DNA of 45,681 bases from a virus (IMGVR_UViG_2563366991_000003); one strand, 5' to 3'; counted from the stretch's first letter, positions 20,302-30,834 are shown. The notes: generated from the letters alone by a model not told the origin. Translations and numbers: made by a program.

Positions 20302-21759
20302 ATGAATACATCTCATGTAAGAGTTGTTACTCATATGTGTGGGTTCCTGGTTTGGCTCTATAGTCTTTCAATGTTGCCACCAATGGTTGTAGCATTGTTT
20401 TATAAAGAAAAAAGCCTGTTCGTTTTCTTTATAACTTTCGTTATATTTTTTTGCATTGGTGGCGGAGCGTGGTATACAACTAAGAAATCTGGCATTCAAT
20501 TACGTACCCGTGATGGGTTTATTATAATTGTAATGTTTTGGATTTTGTTTTCTGTTATTAGTGCATTCCCTTTATGGATTGACTCAGAACTTAATTTAAC
20601 GTTCATTGATGCTCTGTTTGAAGGGGTTTCTGGAATAACAACAACAGGAGCAACTGTAATTGATGATGTTAGTTCATTACCTCGGGCATATTTGTACTAT
20701 CGGTCACAGTTAAATTTTATAGGTGGTTTAGGAGTTATTGTTCTGGCGGTTGCTGTATTGCCATTATTGGGTATTGGTGGTGCAAAGCTTTATCAGTCAG
20801 AAATGCCGGGGCCATTTAAGGATGACAAACTCACTCCCCGCCTGGCCGATACGTCACGGACACTGTGGATAACTTATTCTTTATTAGGTATTGCTTGTAT
20901 TGTCTGTTATAGACTTGCAGGAATGCCTTTGTTTGATGCTATTTGTCACGGGATTTCCACAGTTTCGCTTGGTGGTTTCTCAACTCATAGCGAGAGTATC
21001 GGATATTTTAATAACTATTTGGTTGAGCTGGTGGCTGGTTCTTTTTCCCTGCTATCGGCTTTCAACTTCACTCTTTGGTATATTGTTATTAGCAGGAAAA
21101 CGATAAAACCTTTAATCAGAGATATTGAACTTCGTTTCTTTCTGTTAATAGCCTTAGGGGTGATCATTGTTACCTCTTTCCAGGTCTGGCATATAGGTAT
21201 GTATGACTTGCATGGAAGTTTTATTCATTCGTTTTTTCTTGCCAGCTCCATGCTCACTGATAATGGTTTAGCTACGCAGGATTATGCAAGTTGGCCCACG
21301 CACACGATAGTGTTTTTGCTGTTGTCAAGTTTCTTTGGGGGATGTATAGGTTCAACTTGTGGTGGAATTAAGTCACTTCGATTTCTTATACTTTTCAAAC
21401 AAAGCAAACACGAGATAAATCAGCTTTCTCATCCCAGAGCGTTGTTGAGTGTAAATGTAGGAGGGAAGATAGTTACAGATCGTGTAATGAGGTCTGTATG
21501 GAGTTTCTTTTTTCTTTATACTCTCTTCACGGTGTTTTTTATACTGGTGTTAAATGGTATGGGATATGATTTTCTTACATCATTTGCAACAGTGGCTGCA
21601 TGTATTAATAATATGGGATTAGGTTTTGGGGCTACTGCATCGTCATTCGGAGTGCTTAATGACATTGCAAAATGTTTAATGTGCATAGCTATGATTCTTG
21701 GTCGCCTTGAAATTTATCCTGTTATTATATTGTTTTCAGGTTTTTTTTGGCGCTCCTAA
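20302..21759 (+). CDS. trkG: TrkG potassium uptake protein (Trk family membrane transporter)
   Basis: Polytopic membrane protein with repeated pore-loop GxG motifs (TTTGATV, GLGVIV); matches recalled Rac TrkG starting MNTSHVRVVTHMCGF. Confidence 0.9.
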   Translation: MNTSHVRVVTHMCGFLVWLYSLSMLPPMVVALFYKEKSLFVFFITFVIFFCIGGGAWYTTKKSGIQLRTRDGFIIIVMFWILFSVISAFPLWIDSELNLTFIDALFEGVSGITTTGATVIDDVSSLPRAYLYYRSQLNFIGGLGVIVLAVAVLPLLGIGGAKLYQSEMPGPFKDDKLTPRLADTSRTLWITYSLLGIACIVCYRLAGMPLFDAICHGISTVSLGGFSTHSESIGYFNNYLVELVAGSFSLLSAFNFTLWYIVISRKTIKPLIRDIELRFFLLIALGVIIVTSFQVWHIGMYDLHGSFIHSFFLASSMLTDNGLATQDYASWPTHTIVFLLLSSFFGGCIGSTCGGIKSLRFLILFKQSKHEINQLSHPRALLSVNVGGKIVTDRVMRSVWSFFFLYTLFTVFFILVLNGMGYDFLTSFATVAACINNMGLGFGATASSFGVLNDIAKCLMCIAMILGRLEIYPVIILFSGFFWRS

Positions 21760-21896
21760 TATATGGCTGATTTATAATTGTGAGTTTAATATTATGTTGA
21801 CTCACTCATTGATCCAATACCTAACTTTACCAGCAACCCCTCCGTCCCCAGTAGCACTGGCTGCTGGGGTGCGTTTTATTCATAAAGCAAGGCTGT

Positions 21897-22688
21897 ATGA
21901 GCGAGAAATTAAAGATAGTCTATCGCCCATTACAAGAATTGTCACCGTATGCGCACAACGCCAGGACGCACAGCCCTGAGCAGGTGGCACAACTGGTAGA
22001 AAGTATTAAGCAATTCGGCTGGACTAATCCGGTGCTGATTGACGAAAAGGGCGAAATTATTGCGGGTCACGGTCGTGTTATGGCGGCTGAAATGCTCAAA
22101 ATGGATTCTGTTCCGGTCATTGTTCTGTCTGGCCTGACGGATGAGCAGAAAAAGGCGTACCGCCTGGCAGATAATCGCCTGCCGATGAATGCTGGCTGGG
22201 ATGAAGATCTGTTGCGGATGGAGCTGTCGGACCTAATCAATGCTGATTTTGATGTCTCCCTGACAGGCTTCATCCCGACAGAAATTGATGAACTGTTGAC
22301 GGATGTTTTGCCCGGTACAGGAAATGAGGAGGAGCCGTATACGACGAAAATTGATACGCCTGTTTATGAGCCGTCGGGCGGTAAACCGGATATCAGTGAA
22401 CTGTACGACGATACGAAAACTCAGGAGCTGATCAGCCGGATACGTTCGGCGTCCCTTGAGCCTGATATTGAGAAATTCCTCCTGTGTGCGGCAGAACGTC
22501 ACACGGTGTTTAATTTCAGCAGAATTGCGGACTATTACGCTCACGCCCCCTCTGAAATTCAGTGTTTTTTCGAGGAGTCGGCGCTGGTGATCATTGATTA
22601 TCAGCAGGCTATTGAAAATGGATTTGTCCGGATGACGCAGCGCATGGTGGAGATCATGCATGGTGGTGAGGAGGAGGAATATGCGTGA
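21897..22688 (+). CDS. ParB-like nuclease domain protein (ynaK-like)
   Basis: N-terminal ParB/Srx-like motifs (AGHGRV, RLADNRL); located just upstream of the packaging genes. Confidence 0.65.
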   Translation: MSEKLKIVYRPLQELSPYAHNARTHSPEQVAQLVESIKQFGWTNPVLIDEKGEIIAGHGRVMAAEMLKMDSVPVIVLSGLTDEQKKAYRLADNRLPMNAGWDEDLLRMELSDLINADFDVSLTGFIPTEIDELLTDVLPGTGNEEEPYTTKIDTPVYEPSGGKPDISELYDDTKTQELISRIRSASLEPDIEKFLLCAAERHTVFNFSRIADYYAHAPSEIQCFFEESALVIIDYQQAIENGFVRMTQRMVEIMHGGEEEEYA

Positions 22689-23613
22689 TGATTTTTGCGC
22701 CTTTATTCTGACTCACGGGCGACCGGACAAAGTTCTGACTTACCGGACGTTGCGTCGTGCTGGCTATACCGGGAAAATTTTTATCGTTGTTGATGATGAA
22801 GATAAGACACGGAATCAGTACATGGCTGAATTTGGTGAACAGGTGCTGGTGTTTTCCAAAGCCGATATCGCCAGTCGTTTTGACGAAGCCGATAATTTCT
22901 GTGACCGCCGCTCAATTTTTTACGCCCGTAATGCCTGTTTCGACCTGGCAAAACTGGTCGGGTGTAAATACTTCATTCAGCTCGATGATGATTATCACGA
23001 GTTCCAGTTTCGGGTGGATCGCAACTATGACCAGGCCTATTTTCCGATAAGGAAACTGGATGCGATCCTTTCTGAAATGCTGGCGTACTACGAATCAATA
23101 CCTGCTCTTTCCATCGCTATGTCGCAGGGCGGGGATTTTCTTGGTGACAATGGCGGCCATGCTTCGTGGGTGAAACGCAAGGCAATGAACAGCTTTATCT
23201 GTTCGGTTGATCGACCGTTCTCATTCATGGGGCGCATTAACGAGGATGTGAATACGTACACGAATCTCGGTCGCTGTGGTGAATTGTTTATGACGATCGG
23301 TGCTGTCCAGTTAGGGCAGAAACAGACGCAGAAAAACAGCGGCGGAATGACCGAGCTGTATCTGGATTCCGGAACCTACGTTAAAAGTTTTTACTCCGTC
23401 ATGTATGCGCCGTCGTGCGTAAAAATCTCACTGATGGGTGCCAGCCATAAACGCATTCACCATCAGGTCACCTGGAACAACGCTGCAGTAAAAATCCTTC
23501 ACGAAAAATACAGGAAGAAGACACCCTGCATATCAATGGGGGTGACAAATGATTCCGTATTCGAAAGTCGAGTCTCTGGCAGCGTGCCGGATGACTGCAC
23601 AACAAATCGCTGA
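22681..23613 (+). CDS. Hypothetical protein, possibly a GT-A-like transferase fold
   Basis: Start overlaps the ParB-like stop by 8 nt with a GAGGAGGA RBS; acidic DxD-like motifs VVDDED and QLDDDYHEF; no firm family assignment. Confidence 0.45.
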   Translation: MRDDFCAFILTHGRPDKVLTYRTLRRAGYTGKIFIVVDDEDKTRNQYMAEFGEQVLVFSKADIASRFDEADNFCDRRSIFYARNACFDLAKLVGCKYFIQLDDDYHEFQFRVDRNYDQAYFPIRKLDAILSEMLAYYESIPALSIAMSQGGDFLGDNGGHASWVKRKAMNSFICSVDRPFSFMGRINEDVNTYTNLGRCGELFMTIGAVQLGQKQTQKNSGGMTELYLDSGTYVKSFYSVMYAPSCVKISLMGASHKRIHHQVTWNNAAVKILHEKYRKKTPCISMGVTNDSVFESRVSGSVPDDCTTNR

Positions 23614-23800
23614 CGTTCTGGATGTTGATCTGAACCGACTGAAAGAAAATCGGGAAGCAATGACAGATTTTTATGCGGCCATCCGTAAGGGCAGAGCGAA
23701 AGGTGAAGCCGAGTTACGAGCGGCATTGTTTAAGCTTGCCAGAAAAGGGGATGCCTTTGCTCTGCGCGAACTACTCAGGGTGGATAAAAATCAGGACTAA
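23591..23800 (+). CDS. Small helical hypothetical protein upstream of the small terminase
   Basis: Fills the gap between 23613 and 23804; MTAQQIADVLDV... HTH-like; low confidence. Confidence 0.3.
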   Translation: MTAQQIADVLDVDLNRLKENREAMTDFYAAIRKGRAKGEAELRAALFKLARKGDAFALRELLRVDKNQD

Positions 23801-23803
23801 CTG

Positions 23804-24898
23804 ATGAGCAGACCGGACTGGGGGGCGTTGCAGCAGGAGTATATTGCTGAATACACCCGCTCCGGTATATCTCCGGTGGCATGGTGTGAAGCAAGGGGAC
23901 TGAATTACGCAACAGCCCGTCGTTACATCAAAAAAACTCCGAAAAATGCGCAGACAGAAATGTGCAAAACTGCGCAAAAAAGTGCGCAGAAAAAATCTGC
24001 GCAGACTGCACAAAAGCGGAACGAAAAATCTCAGGAAAAAAAGCCAGTATTCGATGCGGGCCTGAATGAGGGCGACGCGGAGGAATTTTCGTTCTGTCCC
24101 GATGAATTCGGCATTTCTGACCAGCAGGCTAAGTTTGCGATGCTTGTTGCTCAGGGTAAAAAGCCGACAGAGGCGTACCGACTAGCCGGTTATGAGGGGC
24201 AAGGTGCGACAGCTAACAGCAACGCCAGTCGTATGCTTAGAAATGCCAGGGTTTTTCGCGCTATCAGCTACTTCCGCAATCAGTACCAGAAACGCTATAC
24301 CGCAGACCTGGATTTACTAGTGAGTCAGTTGATGGCTATTGTCCTGGCCGACCCCAATCAGCTTGCACAATTTCGCCGTGTTAACTGCCGTTATTGCTGG
24401 GGCGAGAATCATCTCTACCAGTGGCGCGATATAGCAGAATTCGACAAGGCAGCGGCGCAGGCTTCCAGAGATGGCAAACCCGAACCGGAATATGGAGGCC
24501 TCGGCTTTGTTGATAACGCCATACCCAATCCGGACTGCCCGAAGTGCTGCGGTGAGGGAACGGGACAGCTTTATATGGCTGATACCACTCTGCTTGATGG
24601 GGATGCGCGGCAATTATATGCAGGGGCAAAATTCGGAAAATTCGGCGTTGAGATCCTGCTGGAGGATAAGGCTGCCGCCCGGCGTGAATTGTTGCGTTTG
24701 CTTTCTGCTGGCGGGGATTTATGTGCAGATAAGCGGCTACAGGAACTGGAAATTGAACGGCGCAGAATGGAAAACCAGAAGCTGCGCAAAGAGATCGAAA
24801 CGGTGGAAGATAATGAACATCCCCAGCCTGTGGCGATCAATATTAATGTGGTTGATGCCAGAGTAAGGAGTGATGAAGATGATCTCTCCGACGCTTAA
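23804..24898 (+). CDS. Terminase small subunit (putative)
   Basis: N-terminal HTH-like segment (WCEARGLNYATARRYIKK); directly upstream of and overlapping the large terminase. Confidence 0.55.
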   Translation: MSRPDWGALQQEYIAEYTRSGISPVAWCEARGLNYATARRYIKKTPKNAQTEMCKTAQKSAQKKSAQTAQKRNEKSQEKKPVFDAGLNEGDAEEFSFCPDEFGISDQQAKFAMLVAQGKKPTEAYRLAGYEGQGATANSNASRMLRNARVFRAISYFRNQYQKRYTADLDLLVSQLMAIVLADPNQLAQFRRVNCRYCWGENHLYQWRDIAEFDKAAAQASRDGKPEPEYGGLGFVDNAIPNPDCPKCCGEGTGQLYMADTTLLDGDARQLYAGAKFGKFGVEILLEDKAAARRELLRLLSAGGDLCADKRLQELEIERRRMENQKLRKEIETVEDNEHPQPVAININVVDARVRSDEDDLSDA

Positions 24899-26180
24899 TG
24901 TGCCTCAGGCGCGATTTCTTTCAATGCCCCATAAATTTAAAGCCTATATTGCTGGTTTTGGCTCGGGCAAAACATGGGTTGGGTGTGGCGGCATATGCAA
25001 GGGGATTTGGGAGCATCCAGGTATAAATCAGGGATATTTTGCGCCAACGTATCCCCAAATTCGCGATATTTTTTACCCTACAGTGGAAGAAGTTGCTGCT
25101 GACTGGGGATTGAACGTAAAAATTAATGAGGGAAATAAAGAGGTTCACTTTTATTACGGACGCCAGTATCGGGGAACCACTATCTGCAGATCGATGGAGA
25201 AGCCACAAACGATCGTCGGTTTCAAAATTGGTAATGCGTTGGTGGATGAACTGGACATTTTGCCGAAGGAAAAAGCCAGAACGGCGTGGCGCAAGATAAT
25301 TGCGCGTATGCGTTATAAGATTGATGGACTTCGCAACGGTATTGACGTTACAACCACGCCGGAAGGATTCAAATTTGTCTACGAGCAGTTTGTTAAAGCC
25401 GTGCGTGAAAAAACAGAGCTGGCCTCACTGTATGGTCTGGTGCAGGCATCTACTTTCGATAATGAAAAGAACCTGCCAGCAGATTACATTCCTTCGCTTC
25501 TTGAATCATACCCTCCAGAGCTGATTAAAGCCTATCTGCGAGGACAGTTTACTAACCTGACAAGTGGTACTGTTTACCATCAGTTTGACCGGAAACTGAA
25601 TAATTGCGAAGAAGTGGAGCAGCCAGGGGAGCCGATTTATATTGGGATGGATTTTAACGTTGGAAAGATGGCGGGAATCGTCCATGTGCTGCGTTTGGGG
25701 CTTCCATGTGCGGTAACTGAAATCATCAATGCCTACGATACGCCGGATATGATCCGCATCATTAAAGAACGCTTCTGGCTGTATGATGGGAATGATTACC
25801 GGAAAGTGAGGGAAATTTATATTTATCCAGATGCTTCCGGGGATTCCAGAAAATCAAGTAACGCAAGTACGACGGATATAGCCCAGCTTAAGCAGGCTGG
25901 TTTTAACGTTGTGGTGAACAGCTCGAACCCGCCAGTAAAAGATCGCGTTAACTCAATGAATGCAATGTTCTGCAATGCCAATGGTGAGCGTCGCTATAAA
26001 GTTAATGTGAAGCGTTGCCCGTTATATGCCGAATCTCTGGAGCAACAGGTCTGGGATGAGAAGGGGGAGCCTGATAAAAAATCTGGCAATGATCACCCGA
26101 ATGATGCCGGAGGTTATTTCATCGTTAAGCAATTCCCTATTGTCAAACCGACCGGAAGAGTCACATCACTTCGGATTTAA
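24873..26180 (+). CDS. Terminase large subunit
   Basis: Walker A YIAGFGSGKTW; about 435 aa; TAAGGAG RBS before ATGs at 24873 and 24879. Confidence 0.85.
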   Translation: MKMISPTLNVPQARFLSMPHKFKAYIAGFGSGKTWVGCGGICKGIWEHPGINQGYFAPTYPQIRDIFYPTVEEVAADWGLNVKINEGNKEVHFYYGRQYRGTTICRSMEKPQTIVGFKIGNALVDELDILPKEKARTAWRKIIARMRYKIDGLRNGIDVTTTPEGFKFVYEQFVKAVREKTELASLYGLVQASTFDNEKNLPADYIPSLLESYPPELIKAYLRGQFTNLTSGTVYHQFDRKLNNCEEVEQPGEPIYIGMDFNVGKMAGIVHVLRLGLPCAVTEIINAYDTPDMIRIIKERFWLYDGNDYRKVREIYIYPDASGDSRKSSNASTTDIAQLKQAGFNVVVNSSNPPVKDRVNSMNAMFCNANGERRYKVNVKRCPLYAESLEQQVWDEKGEPDKKSGNDHPNDAGGYFIVKQFPIVKPTGRVTSLRI

Positions 26181-26182
26181 TT

Positions 26183-27589
26183 ATGGCTGATATATCAACA
26201 CCCAACCTCGACTATAACGATATGCTGGAGGCGTGGGATATTAACGACGCACTGATGGGCGGTACGCTTGAAATGCGCAGGCAGGGGGAAAATTATCTCC
26301 CAAAATGGCCTAACGAAGATGAAGACGCTTATAAAAAACGCCTGTCTGTGGCTACGCTACTTCCTGTGTATGAAGAAAGCATCAAGCAAAATATTGGGCG
26401 CATATTTGCAGAGCCGACAGTATTGAGTGAGGAAACGCCGGCAAAAATCAGGGAATATGCAGAAAATATCGACATGGAGGGAAGCCGACTGGATGTGTGG
26501 GCGCAGCAATTTTTCAGCCTCGCATTTCAGTATGGTGTGGCACATGCGCTGGTGGACTATCCACGAACGGATATGAAAGAGATTCGGACAAAAGCCGATG
26601 AAAACGCGGCCGGTAGTCGTCCGTACGTTACGATGCTGAATCCACGCCAGGTTATTGGATGGAAATCGAAAGTTGAAAAAGGGAAAGTTGTTCTCACTGA
26701 TTTGCGTATAAAAGAGGTCATCATTATTGATGGTGATGATTTCGGGCAGAAGAAGGTGGAGCAGATCCGCCATATTATGCCCCGTCGAGTTGAAATTTAT
26801 CGACGTAGCGAAGGCACTAATGGCGAATCTGTCTGGACGCTTCATGAGTCATGGAATACCAGCCGTGATGATATTCCTCTGGTAACACTGTACACGAAGA
26901 AAACAGGATTTATGCGTGGTACACCGCCATTGCTTAATCTTGGCTTGCTGAATATCAAGCACTGGCAAAGCCAGAGCGAGCAGGACAATATTCTTCATGT
27001 TGCCCGCGTTCCATTGCTGGTGGCCTACGGGCTGGACAGGAATGAAGAACTGACGGTTGGTGCATCCACCGCTACGATTTTTGAGGACAGAACAAAAAAT
27101 GGCCTCGAATATGTTGAACATAGTGGCGCAGCGATAGAATCTGGCGAAACATCACTTGAGAAGCTGGAAAATCAGATGCGTCATGCCGGCGCTAAACTTC
27201 TGCGTGCTGAAAATACATCCACCAAATCTGTTGATCAGACTAATGAAGAGCGAATGCAGGAAAACTCGCCGCTTTATACAATGGCGAACTCCCTCGAAGA
27301 TGCCCTCGATAATATTCTCCAGATAATGGCGGAATGGATCGGAGAGAGTTGCGGTGGCAATGTGGATGTGCGCACTGAACTGGATGTATCTGCCCAGGTG
27401 TTTGACTCATCCTCCGCGCTGGCTGTTCAGTCATTGCGTCAGGGCGGTGATATACGTCAGATTGATGCGATTCGGGTGTTGCAGGCGTTGAAATTTATCG
27501 ATCAGGATTCCCGTCCAGAGGAAGTGATCGATGAATTAAAAAATCAGAGTGTAATGCTGATGGAAATCAATGATGCAAACCGTGAATGA
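26183..27589 (+). CDS. Portal protein (putative)
   Basis: 468-aa ORF immediately after the large terminase; acidic C-terminus. Confidence 0.7.
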   Translation: MADISTPNLDYNDMLEAWDINDALMGGTLEMRRQGENYLPKWPNEDEDAYKKRLSVATLLPVYEESIKQNIGRIFAEPTVLSEETPAKIREYAENIDMEGSRLDVWAQQFFSLAFQYGVAHALVDYPRTDMKEIRTKADENAAGSRPYVTMLNPRQVIGWKSKVEKGKVVLTDLRIKEVIIIDGDDFGQKKVEQIRHIMPRRVEIYRRSEGTNGESVWTLHESWNTSRDDIPLVTLYTKKTGFMRGTPPLLNLGLLNIKHWQSQSEQDNILHVARVPLLVAYGLDRNEELTVGASTATIFEDRTKNGLEYVEHSGAAIESGETSLEKLENQMRHAGAKLLRAENTSTKSVDQTNEERMQENSPLYTMANSLEDALDNILQIMAEWIGESCGGNVDVRTELDVSAQVFDSSSALAVQSLRQGGDIRQIDAIRVLQALKFIDQDSRPEEVIDELKNQSVMLMEINDANRE

Positions 27590-28685
27590 ACGGCTGCGTG
27601 ATGAATCAATTGCTCATGCAGTCTGGATATCCCGCTATAGCACTGGCGTGGCTGCCAGAATGGTGAAAATACTGAATGACAGCGATGCGGAACTTACTGC
27701 TCGCCTGCTGATAGCACTGGACAGCCTCGATCCAGGTAGTTTTACCGTTAAGCGCCTGGAGTCACTTCTGGCGAGCGTCAGAGAGGTTAACCGCACTGCT
27801 ATTAACAGCATGTTTACCAGTCTCTCCGGAGAGCTGAACGAGCTGGCAATTTATGAGGCTGGTTATCAGTTAAGTCTGTTTGATTCTATGCTACCTGATT
27901 TTGTTGCTGATGTTCACCCTCTGGTTGGTATCTCTCCTGATGCACTTTATGCCGCTGCAATGGCGCGACCATTTCAGGGACGACTGCTCAGTGAGTGGGC
28001 CTCAGATCTTGAGGCGGATCGGCTCAGACGCATAACAAATACAGTGCGTCAGGGTTTTTTGCTGGGGGATACCAATGAGCAGATCGCAAGAAAAATTCGG
28101 GGACATGTCAGTAAGGGATTTCAGGATGGTGCATTGCAGATGAGCCGGGCTAATGCGGCCAGCATTGCAAAAACAGCGGTTGGACATCTTGCTGCTACTG
28201 CCCGTGAGAGTTTTGCCAGCGCGAATAATGATTTGATTAAGGGTAAGCAATGGTTATCAACGCTTGATAATCGTACTACGCCACAATGTCGAATCAGGGA
28301 TCGCCTCAAATATACGCTGAATAATAAACCTGTAGGTCACAGCGTGCCTTATTTGCAGGGGCCGGGAAAAATTCATTTCTGCTGCCGCTCAACGGAAACG
28401 TTCATTCTGAAATCAGCGAAGGAACTGGGTATTGATGTTCGCGATATTTCCCCGGCTGAGCGGGCCAGCATGGATGGCGTGGTGGCCGGAGATACAACCT
28501 ACAGGGAATGGTTTTTGCGTCAGCCTTACACCAGACAAAAACAGATTGTGGGGGAAACCCGAGCAAAGCTGATTCGGGATGGTGGTATGTCGCCAGATGA
28601 ATTTTACACCGATAAAGGCGAATGGCTGACGCTGAAGCAGCTCCGTGAGCGTGATGCACAGGTATTCAGAAAAGCAGGGATTTAA
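27570..28685 (+). CDS. Head morphogenesis / minor capsid protein (Mu F / SPP1 gp7-like)
   Basis: Position after the portal gene; conserved C-terminal block (GHSVPYLQGPGKIHFCCRSTE) recalled from F-like proteins. Confidence 0.65.
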   Translation: MMQTVNERLRDESIAHAVWISRYSTGVAARMVKILNDSDAELTARLLIALDSLDPGSFTVKRLESLLASVREVNRTAINSMFTSLSGELNELAIYEAGYQLSLFDSMLPDFVADVHPLVGISPDALYAAAMARPFQGRLLSEWASDLEADRLRRITNTVRQGFLLGDTNEQIARKIRGHVSKGFQDGALQMSRANAASIAKTAVGHLAATARESFASANNDLIKGKQWLSTLDNRTTPQCRIRDRLKYTLNNKPVGHSVPYLQGPGKIHFCCRSTETFILKSAKELGIDVRDISPAERASMDGVVAGDTTYREWFLRQPYTRQKQIVGETRAKLIRDGGMSPDEFYTDKGEWLTLKQLRERDAQVFRKAGI

Positions 28686-28704
28686 ATAAATCATTTATTA
28701 CAAC

Positions 28705-28730
28705 AGGCTACCTTCGGGTGGCCTTTTTTA
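28705..28730 (+). terminator. Hairpin plus T-tract after the head morphogenesis gene
   Basis: aggctacc-ttcg-ggtggcct followed by tttttta. Confidence 0.4.
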
Positions 28731-28789
28731 TTGCTGCGATCCGGATGGTGAGCAGCGTAACTGTCGGAAGACTTAAACCAGGTACTAAT

Positions 28790-29554
28790 ATGAAACTGAA
28801 AACGGTCGAGATTAACGGAAAACAATACGCAGAAATTGATACTGCTGGCCTGCCAGTTTATGTGCACGACGATGGTAAAGAAATTGGCTTCGATGCACCG
28901 CTGGCGACAAAAAAAATTACAGAGCTTAATAGCGAGGCAAAAAATCATCGCCTGGCTAAAGAAGCTGCAGAGGAAAAACTGGCTAAGTTTGCCGCTATCG
29001 AAGACCCGAAGAAGGCGATCGAGGCACTGGAAATGCTGTCAAAAATCGACCAGAAAAAGCTGCTCGATGCGGGACAGGTTGACCAGGTTAAGGCAGAAAT
29101 TACGAAAAATTTTCAGCAGCAATTAGATGAAGAAAAGCAACGCTCTCAGATGCTGGAGAAGCAGCTTTACGATTCTATGATTGGCGGTAGTTTTGCGGGT
29201 TCAAAATATATTGCCGATAAAATTGCGATCCCGGCAGATTTATTACAATCACGCTTCGGGCAGGCATTCAAAGTGGAAGAAGGGAGGATCGTTGCTTATG
29301 ACGCTTCCGGCAACAAAATTTATTCCCGCGCGAAGCCTGGCGAACTGGCGCAGTTTGATGAGGCGCTGGAGTTCCTTGTCGAAAATTACCCTCAGAAAGA
29401 CTACATCCTGAAAGCCAGTGGCAACAATGGCGGCGGCTCCCGTCCGACACAGCATGATATTGGTCAGAAAACGATGAAACGCTCTGCTTTTGATGCACTG
29501 GATGTTGCAGGTAAGCAAAACGCATTGAAAGACGGTATCACAATCGTTGATTAA
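28790..29554 (+). CDS. Scaffolding protein (putative)
   Basis: Helical, charged 255-aa protein directly upstream of the capsid gene; the ORF-track start at 28718 lies inside the terminator hairpin. Confidence 0.55.
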   Translation: MKLKTVEINGKQYAEIDTAGLPVYVHDDGKEIGFDAPLATKKITELNSEAKNHRLAKEAAEEKLAKFAAIEDPKKAIEALEMLSKIDQKKLLDAGQVDQVKAEITKNFQQQLDEEKQRSQMLEKQLYDSMIGGSFAGSKYIADKIAIPADLLQSRFGQAFKVEEGRIVAYDASGNKIYSRAKPGELAQFDEALEFLVENYPQKDYILKASGNNGGGSRPTQHDIGQKTMKRSAFDALDVAGKQNALKDGITIVD

Positions 29555-29652
29555 CACATTTGTCAGCTTCCGGATGGGAGCTGGTGTCAGGGCTGGATAG
29601 CTCATTACTCCATCTATTCACAATTACGCAAATTTTTAAGGAATATTTAATT

Positions 29653-30792
29653 ATGGCTGGAAATACCCTGACCGGGTTGATCCCGACTATTTATACCGCC
29701 CTGGATGTTGTATCCCGTGAGCAGGTAGGTTTTATCCCTGCGGTAGCAAAAAACGCAAAAGCTGACGCCGCAGCAAAAGATCAGACGGTAACCGCGCCAG
29801 TTGCGCCTGAGGCGAAAACCGAAGATATCGTACCGGGGCCGTCAGCTCCGAATACCGGTGATCAAAATATTGGCACTGTTGATGTAAAAATTACTAAATC
29901 CAAAATGGCACCGGTTAAATGGAATGGTGAAGAACAACTGGCTCTTGGTCCTTCAGGGACTTACAACACCATTCTGGCTGATCAGTTCAAGCAGGCTTTT
30001 CGCGCCCTTGCAAACGAGGTTGAGGCTGATCTTGGTGCGTTGTATTTCGGTGCTTCCCGCGCCGTGGGAACCGCAGGGACAACGCCGTTTGGTGTTAAAG
30101 ATGATCTTTCTGATGCTGCTCTGGCTCGTCAGGTTCTGGAGGATAACGGCGCACCGACAACCGATCTGCAGATGGTGCTTGGCTCCACTGCCATTGCTAA
30201 TTTGCGCGGAAAACAGTCTGTATTGTTTAAAGTGAATGAATCCGGCACTGAACAGCTACTGCGTGAGGGCGTGTTGGGGCGTCTGGAGGGATTCAATATT
30301 CACAGTTCGGCAGGTGTGAAACGAGCGCCAAAGGTTGCTGCAACTGGTTATCTCGTGAATGGAGAGAAAAAAGAAGGCGATGTTCTTATTTCCATTGATA
30401 CTGGTTCGGGGAGTATTTCTGCAGGTCAGATTGTTACGTTCGCTGGTGATCCGAATCAGTATGTTGTGGCAGCAGCGACCAGCAATCTGATTACTCTTGC
30501 AGCGCCCGGACTGCGTCAGGATCTGGCCGATGATACTGCCATCACAGTTGTTGGGGCCTTTACTGCAAATATGGCGTTTGATCGCAACGCGTTTCTGCTG
30601 GCATCCCGTACTCCGGCAATGCCGGAAGGTGGCGATAATGCTGATGATGTAATGAATGTTACGGACCCGATTTCAGGGATTACGTTCCAGATTGCACTGT
30701 ATCGTCAGTATCGCCAGGTGCGCTATGAAGTTGGACTGGCATGGGGTGTTTCATCAGTGAAGCCGGCACATGGTTGTCTGATTCTTGGTTAA
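29653..30792 (+). CDS. Major capsid protein (putative)
   Basis: About 380-aa ORF after the scaffold gene; RBS AAGGAA before MAGNTLTGL; followed by a strong terminator-like hairpin. Confidence 0.7.
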   Translation: MAGNTLTGLIPTIYTALDVVSREQVGFIPAVAKNAKADAAAKDQTVTAPVAPEAKTEDIVPGPSAPNTGDQNIGTVDVKITKSKMAPVKWNGEEQLALGPSGTYNTILADQFKQAFRALANEVEADLGALYFGASRAVGTAGTTPFGVKDDLSDAALARQVLEDNGAPTTDLQMVLGSTAIANLRGKQSVLFKVNESGTEQLLREGVLGRLEGFNIHSSAGVKRAPKVAATGYLVNGEKKEGDVLISIDTGSGSISAGQIVTFAGDPNQYVVAAATSNLITLAAPGLRQDLADDTAITVVGAFTANMAFDRNAFLLASRTPAMPEGGDNADDVMNVTDPISGITFQIALYRQYRQVRYEVGLAWGVSSVKPAHGCLILG

Positions 30793-30801
30793 ACATTCAA
30801 A

Positions 30802-30825
30802 CGGGGCTTCGGCCCCATTTTTAAT
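30802..30825 (+). terminator. Hairpin plus T-tract after the capsid gene
   Basis: ggggc-ttcg-gcccc followed by atttttaat; may act as an attenuator. Confidence 0.45.
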
Positions 30826-30834
30826 GGGGGGCAT

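Noticed and set aside
21698-21979. 93-aa ORF on the + strand
   Set aside because: Bridges the trkG 3' end and the ParB-like gene start; the ParB-like frame is the supported one.
28718-28789. Upstream extension of the scaffold ORF
   Set aside because: It would begin inside the terminator hairpin at 28705-28730; the ATG at 28790 is the better start.
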